Of a DNA stretch of 64,000 bases, positions 57,228-64,000 are shown one piece after another. This DNA comes from Octopus sinensis. Lineage: Eukaryota. The DNA is taken from assembly GCF_006345805.1 (NCBI RefSeq), contig NC_043012.1:43834001-43898000 (forward strand), given 5' to 3'. A program made the position numbers and the translations under genes. The notes under the pieces are model-generated. The model ran no database searches. It was given only the letters and a program-made list of their open reading frames with translations, and was not told the origin of the DNA. Numbering within the stretch: position 1 is the first letter of the stretch; every line of letters begins with the position of its first letter.

Positions 57228-57700
57228 TATATGATGTTATTACATGCTAGCCACTGATAAGATCATGAATTGATTTTATCCTTAATTATGTATGCATATA
57301 TATTTATTTATTCACCCGGTCCTGATATTTACTGCGGTATAATCTTGATCAAATATGCACGTTGTTGAGATGAATAATTGGGTTTGCCTCATATATAAGT
57401 GTGGATGTATGCATATATTTGTATACGTGCGGATGTATTTGTATGGGTATGTATATATATATATTTATATTTGGATACTTCCGGTATATTCTTTTGGAGA
57501 CGGTTAAGTAATTTGTATTACTAAACCAGAAATCGGAGGATCTAGAATCAACGTCAACCTTTTACTAAATTCAATTTATTCATTTGCCCGCTTTCTACCT
57601 TGTGCTAATGGAGTGTAACTTTAAAATGGTGCTTTAGAGTCTTTTGGCGTTTACTTGTGTAGGTGCTGTTTCTCAGGACCCCTTATTATAATTCTATCTA

Positions 57701-57737
<37 letters not shown>

Positions 57738-58249
57738 ATTTTTTTTTCCAGTTTCAGCTTATGAGCTGTGGCCATGCTGGGGCACCGCCATATTTTGTGA
57801 AATAGAAAGATGAATAATCTTGTTGCAGATTAATCAAAAGTTTAACCGATACCTTGGTAGCAAAAATCACAGCAGAAGACAGCACGGTTGGAGGTACAAC
57901 CATATGGTGTTGCAACCGTGCGTTGGTGCGGATAATTGAATTTCTTCAATTCACTAATAATATATATATATATATGCGGAATCACGAATCCTATTGACAA
58001 ACCACCTACAGGCAAATAACGACATGCTTTACCATCGAACCAAGTGAAACCGACTTTATTGAACGAGGCACCTTTTAAAAAATCACCTAACGAGGCACAT
58101 CTGTACCGAAGAATGTACCGGTTGTATAGTATGTCACCCGTGTGATATCGATGCGAGATGAGTCGAAATGATCGTTGTGATTAATGAAGAATCTCCTTAA
58201 TTCCATTTTCCGTTTATCTCATTTATACATACATACATACATACATACA

Positions 58250-58280
<31 letters not shown>

Positions 58281-58281
<1 letters not shown>

Positions 58282-58560
58282 AAGGGTAAAGACCCCCTTC
58301 GGTCATGAATGACCATGGGATTGCACCTAGAAAGTTACCCTCCTAGACACAAGTCCGGGAAAGGTTGTTTATGGAAGGCCAGCAGTCGCCCATGCATACC
58401 AGCCTCCCCTCTCCACGCCACCAGTGTTATCCAAGGGAAAGACAAAGGTCGATACAGCTTGGCACCTGTGACGTCGCAACTCATTTCTACAGCTGAGTGA
58501 ACTGGAGCAACGTGAAATAAAGTGCCTTGCTCGAGAACACAACACGCAGCCCGGTCCGGG
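58281..58560 (-). mobile_element. SINE family C, 5'-truncated
   Basis: Reverse complement of the 50400-50678 body; the recurring ORFs 50459 and 58309 are its products. Confidence 0.92.
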
Positions 58561-59789
58561 ATATATATATATATATAATTTATATTACAAGATGAAATGA
58601 ACAGGCTTTAAGCCAAAATCACAGCAATTCTTTCTGTGCATTAGCATTAGCTGTTAGTTGTTGAGTGTTTCACATATACATAGTCTTATACAGATATTAT
58701 ATAAGTATGATCCACAGTAGCTGTGTACTTGCACGTCATCAGGTGTTTGGCTCTGTTAACACTGCAGTGCTCTCACAGTCACCCACCTAATGGCATGCGT
58801 ATGTATATGAGACACTCAACACCTAATTCACAAAAATAATGGTTGTCATTTGGATGAAAGCGTGTGCATTAATTCTTCTCGTTTTATAAATGTTTTTTTG
58901 TAAGAATTCTGCATACTTTAACGGATTTCCACATGTATATCCAGCAAAAGGCGCATTCCTGCTTTTTACTCTCCAAAAGTGCCACACAGAGGGACTGAAC
59001 CCGTAATCATGTTGCAGCGAAGCGAGCTTCTTAACCATACACACACACACACACGTGCTGTATATTTATATGTGTACATAAAAAAATTGTACTGAAGTAC
59101 TAACAAAATAGAGTATTAAGAAACCATTAAAAGAAATGTAACATTAAATAATTAGGAATTTGAAAAATATTCAATAATATATTATAATTATAGTTTTATC
59201 TTTCGAATTAACAAATTGTAATCTGAATTAAATTGGATTTGAATTTGATAATTCGAAAAATGTAAGTACAGTAATTTTAATCATGAGTTTTTTTTTTTTC
59301 CCTGGTCATAAAAGTCTTTATATTCATAATGTAGGTGTGTGTAACTTCTTCTGAAAGTCCAAGTTTATCAAGACTATTAATTAGGTATTTACTCACAAAA
59401 CCAAGTGCACCAATTATTATTGGCATACATATAAATTTGTAATCCGGATAAGGAAGCTGGAGGTTACGAAGCAGTAGTCAATAGTTATCCTCTTTCTCTT
59501 TGATTTTCAGAGACAGTCATATCAAGCAGGACAGCTGACCTCTCTAACGGTACATACTTTTTTCTTGGTCTGTCTCAAACAACAATATCCTGCCTGTTAC
59601 CTTTTACTTGTTTCAGTCATTTGACTGTAGCCATGTTGGGGTACCGCCTTGAGGGTTTTAGTTGAACAAGCTGCCAAGCGGTGGTGGGACTCTCTCTCTC
59701 TCTTTCATACATGCATATATATATACATACATACGCGCGCGCGCACACACACACACACATACACACACCTGCATACATACATACATACA

Positions 59790-60000
59790 TATATAGTTAA
59801 TCCAAACAAGAAAGCACAAAAAAACACAACAACGCGAGGACGTGGAACAAATATAGTTTTAATTGAAGGAGGGTTTAACGTTTCGAGCGAAGCTCTTCGT
59901 CGAAAACATAGGAGAAGGAAAGATCCAGAGAAGGGAAGACAGAGGGAAAAAGATCGCCAACGGTACACACGAGGTCACATTTTATATATAAATAGATACG
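59790..60000 (-). mobile_element. Solo about 210-bp hammerhead-bearing cassette between microsatellites
   Basis: Pyrimidine-rich leader, hammerhead motif, T-rich tail ending at ...ggattaactatatatg. Confidence 0.6.
59873..59907 (-). ncRNA. Minimal hammerhead motif with UCGACGA core
   Basis: gttt-TCGACGA-a-gagc/ttc/gctc-GAAA-cgt-TA-aac. Confidence 0.55.
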
Positions 60001-60014
60001 TATATAAATATATA

Positions 60015-60170
60015 CGATGGGTTTCTTCCAGTTTCCGTCTACCAAATCCACTGACAAGGCTTTAGTCAGCACAGGACTATATTAGAAGACCCTTGCTCAA
60101 GGTATCACGCAGTGGGACTGAACCAAAAACCATGTGGTTGAGAAGCAAGCTTTTTACCACACAGCCACTA
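60015..60170 (-). mobile_element. tRNA-derived SINE family B
   Basis: Homologous to 32836-32992. Confidence 0.88.
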
Positions 60171-60345
60171 CACTTGACAGAAGTTTTGATGCGAATGTTC
60201 CACCAGTATCCTTTGTTCTCATGTTTGTGTACGAATAGTATAACAGGAGGATTACCAATATTTATTCCAAGACAATATCTTTTCCATATGACGTTGTATA
60301 CTGTTTTAGTGACAACGTTGTATCGCATAGGGAGGTAGTAACTCA

Positions 60346-60484
60346 CATGTATGTATGTATGTATGTATGTATGTATGTATGTATGTATGTATGTATGTAT
60401 GTATGCATGCATGCATGCATGCATGCATGCATGTATGTATGTATGTATGTATGTATGTATGTATGTATGTATGTATGTATGTAT
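60346..60484. repeat. (ATGT)n with a central (ATGC)n block
   Basis: Direct reading. Confidence 0.95.
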
Positions 60485-61143
60485 GGAGAGAATAAATACA
60501 TTGAATTGACAGCTTCAAAATGTAGAGGAGATTTAGTATATGAAGATTTAGTGGTTGGCACTTATTTCAAACAGTTTTACACAGGTGAATAAATTGAAAT
60601 TACTCAGCCTCTATTTAGAAAACAATGTTTTGTTTGAAATCCTAAACTGCTATTTCTGTTGGCTCTCTACCCCAACGATCAGTACAGCATGAAATTTGAT
60701 GATATGTGACAATATTTCATCTGAAAATATAGAAATGCATATGACAAACCTAATAAATGGAGGCAGAAAAATAACCAAAGAAAATTGTTAGAGCATGAAA
60801 AAGAGCAGTGCACTTTTGACGTAAATATAGACAGATAGATGAGGACTCAGTTATTGATTTATAAATTAATTCTAGTTCTCACGATGTTAGGTTATATATA
60901 GAGGAATAAGTTAAACTTATGAGAATTGGAATTTTTAAGCGTGGGTGAAGAAAATGAGAAAAAGATGTTTTTATTTTTCTCTATGGTCAGAACACTGGCT
61001 GAAAATATGTTTACTAAAAATACATGTCTTAATTTATTCCTCTATTTAACCTAACACGCTATCGCTCCAATTAATAATTCATGTTGGCAGAACTTTCACT
61101 GTTATGCAAATTTAGCTCAAACCGACTTCGTGTATACTTTAAA

Positions 61144-61861
61144 TATTCTTTTCTACTCTTGGCACAAGGCCTGAAATTTGGGGGAGGGGGTCAGTACGCA
61201 ACTGGTACTTAATTTATCGACCCCCGAAAGGATGAAAGGTAAAGTCGACCTCGGCGGAATTTGAACTCAGAACATAAAGACAGACGAAATACCTATTTCT
61301 TTACTGCCCACAAGGGACTAGACACAGAGGGAAAAACAAGGACAGACAAACGGACTAAGTCGATTATATCGACCCCAGTGCGTAACTGGTACGTAACTGG
61401 CAGACGAAATACCGCTAAGCATTTCGCCCGGCGCGCTAACGTTTCTTATTTCTTTATTTCCTACAAGGGGCTAAACATAGAGTGGACAAACAAGGACAGA
61501 CAAACGGATTAAGTCGATTACACCGCCCCCAGTGCATAACTGGTACTTAATTTATCGACCCCGAAAGGATGACAGGCAAAGTTGACCTCGGCGGAATTTG
61601 AACTCAGAACGTAGCGGCAGACGAAATACCTATTTCTTTACTACCCACAAGGGACTAAACATAGAGGAGACAAACAAGGACAGACAAACGGATTAAGTCG
61701 ATTACATCGACCCCAGTGCGTAACTGGTACTTAATTTATCGACCCCGAAAGGATGAAAGGCAAAGTCGACCATGGCGGAATTTGAACTCAGAACGTAGTG
61801 ACAGACGAATTACTGCTAAGCATTTCGCCCGGCGTGCTAACGTTTCTGCCAGCTCGCCGCC
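61144..61861 (-). mobile_element. SINE family A multimer (about 4 units)
   Basis: One full head at 61861; B-box units at about 61780, 61600 and 61260; a partial internal head at about 61400-61445; a single terminal tail at 61144. Confidence 0.92.
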
Positions 61862-62239
61862 TTCTATACTTTAAATATTGAGAAACTATTATTTCTACTG
61901 TAGACAGGAATATGAATAACCGATCTCCAATGAAACGGTAAAAGAATGCTGAAACTAGTAATAAATATTTCTATTATTTAGTTATAGAGAGAAAATCAAC
62001 TGGTTAAATCCCAGCCTGTACTTTTTCTAACGAGGCATAAGATGTGTTTCCTAAAAACGCCAGCTTGTATGTTTAGCGTATATATATCATATCATATCAT
62101 ATCATATGTATACGCGTATATATATATATATTTTTTATTTATTTATTTATTTTATTTATTTTATTTAATTTATATTAAAATTTTATGTATTGATTAAGTC
62201 TTTTCTTGTTTGGTTTTAAAATAGTGGTTTTGTCTCGAA

Positions 62240-62293
<54 letters not shown>

Positions 62294-62296
62294 ATA

Positions 62297-63080
62297 TACA
62301 GGGTGCCCAAAAAAATGTATACGCACTTTAACAGCTGATTACTGATTTAAATTACATTTCTTCTTAAATTTAACCTGATTACTTCTGTAATCAAGGAAGC
62401 CAGACCAAGCTTTGAGCGAAGGAAATTTGTTCTAAAATGCTACTAGAAAATTTGAAAACGCAGTTGAAGTGCAACGACATGGCTTACCATCACTATTATT
62501 CCAAATAGATTTGAAATAGATGGAACTGGTCTGAATGTTCACAAAAATATGTTCCGGAAGACTGCCGTCATCGACAATTTCCACATGGCATGAAATGATA
62601 CGGAAAACATATTGCTAGAATTCAAGAAAATCCGAGCTGCGTGTCATGAGATGAGAATTACAGAGCTGTCATTGAAGTGCGGTCATTGGGAAAGTTACAT
62701 TCTAAAAACAACCCATGTTCTTAATGAAGACGATCCGAACCGAAGGTTGGGATATTACAAGTGATACTTGGAAAAATGTCTAAAAGATGCATATTTTCCA
62801 ACAATGAATGTCTGGAGTGATGAAATTACATTTTAATTAAATGTCTCAACCACCAAAATTGCACTTACTAGAGACATGAAAATCTGCAGATCACGGAAGA
62901 ATGTAATATTTATTCATCATGAGATACAGTTTGGTGTGGCTTATCTTCAAAAGGGATCATTCTTCTTTCAATTTAGTGTGACTGGTTCCATTTACTTGAA
63001 CTTGCTGCAACATTCTGTCAGGAGGACTTCGAAGATGTAGAGCTTTATTTTCAGCAAGATAAGGCACCCCCACACTACTA
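62297..63080 (+). mobile_element. Tc1/mariner-superfamily transposase relic with left terminal repeat
   Basis: TA-CAGGGTGCCC start; WSDE..F.LN, VWCGLSSKGII and YFQQDKAPPHY motifs with stops. Confidence 0.82.
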
Positions 63081-63144
63081 GGTAAGAGAATTTCTGCCGC
63101 CTTCAACTGACCAAATACCACTAGTTTTCTTTTTTAATGGTGAT

Positions 63145-64000
63145 ACTCAGAAGATAAAAAAATATGGTTCAAAACCGACAACAGACGACGAACCATAGGT
63201 AAGGGACCATTTTCAACAGACACAGCGTTAGAGTCTCGTTCAGCTGTGCCCCCAATATTAAGAGCATCTTAGCGCCGCTAGGACACAGGAAGAGGCACGA
63301 TGTTCATGCAGGGACGGCAACAGATGCCCCTGCGAAACCAAAGGGGTCGTCTATGAAGGCGAAGTACGAGCAAACCCTAGCAATACTACCGGTAGAATCA
63401 GTAGCAACCGTAGATACGAGAACGGAACCAGCAACACCGCCACCATCGTCACAGTTAACAACATTAGCAGCAATAACAACAACAGCACCAGTTACAACAC
63501 TGGCAGTTCCGCGACGGCTCGACAGCAGTAAGAACAACAGCAGCTTCGCCATCAGCAGCAGCATTACCAACAACTTCCCTATCGTCAACAGCAACAGACC
63601 TGGCAGTCCCTACAGCAGCAGCAACAGGTCCAGTGCCATCGCCAGCAATAACGGCAATAATGGCAGCAATAGCAACAGCATCATCATCATCAGCAGCAGC
63701 AGCAGCAGCGGCGACGGTGACCCTAGCAGAAACACCAGCGGAACCACAGCTAATGGCACCCCTTGCAGCAATTGCAACTCTCCCACTAGTGACGAGGACC
63801 ACAATAGCAACAACGTAAGGTGCCTTCCCCATAACCGGCAGTGACGATACCATTACCGACGCCACCAGCACCTCCAGCGCCGTCGACACTAGCATTCCCA
63901 GCTCCAACAACAACGATGTCGGTGGCAGCACCGACAACACACGCCCACAGAGATACACTCGAATTTCCGAGAACTCTTTCAAGCAGCGTCACTCCAACCT
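63145..64000 (+). mobile_element. Decayed PLE fragment of a second type (CxCR linker; Naiad-like) with a split GIY-YIG domain
   Basis: KKIWF (63156-63170), TIFNRHSVRVSFSCAPNIKSIL (63206 onward), CSCRDGNRCPCETKGVVYEGEV (63301 onward) and RYTRISENSFKQRHSN (63951 onward). Frameshifted; runs off the window end. Confidence 0.72.

Noticed and set aside
63301-63333. Selenocysteine codons as reported for some Naiad-type PLEs
   Set aside because: All four cysteines are TGT or TGC; there is no in-frame TGA.
63353-63992. Host low-complexity exon or ORFs on either strand
   Set aside because: Flanking PLE motifs (FNRHSVRVSFSC, CSCR...VVY, Y..ISENSFKQR) explain the region better, and no single frame is continuous.

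Overview
AT-rich, repeat-dominated animal DNA with no confident host gene. The SINE families and (TAA)n-targeted Dong-like LINE resemble, from memory, those of Octopus genomes (inference). Contents: a decayed CR1-like LINE; two R4/Dong-clade elements; a full-length decayed Tx1/L1-clade LINE sitting in a split (GATA)n array; four Tc1/mariner relics; about 14 tRNA-derived SINE copies from 4 families; a near-perfect 2.2-kb tandem duplication; many microsatellites; and a dense set of Penelope-like element (PLE) derivatives. The PLE system is the main story. (i) A nearly intact Neptune-type PLE (33121-37899, minus) has a separate coiled-coil-like ORF1 that overlaps RT-GIY-YIG ORF2 in the -1 frame, with an in-register U_UUU_UUA slippery heptamer. 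(ii) Minimal hammerhead-ribozyme motifs at three PLE 3' ends replace the C3-G8 core pair with compensatory U3-A8 (twice) and A3-U8. (iii) The upstream partial terminal repeat of the intact PLE starts at the predicted ribozyme cleavage site. (iv) Several fold-back palindromes are present, one centred on a hammerhead stem II. (v) A second PLE type at the window end has about 200 low-complexity codons between its GIY and YIG motifs. All calls are by eye; no searches or folding programs were run.
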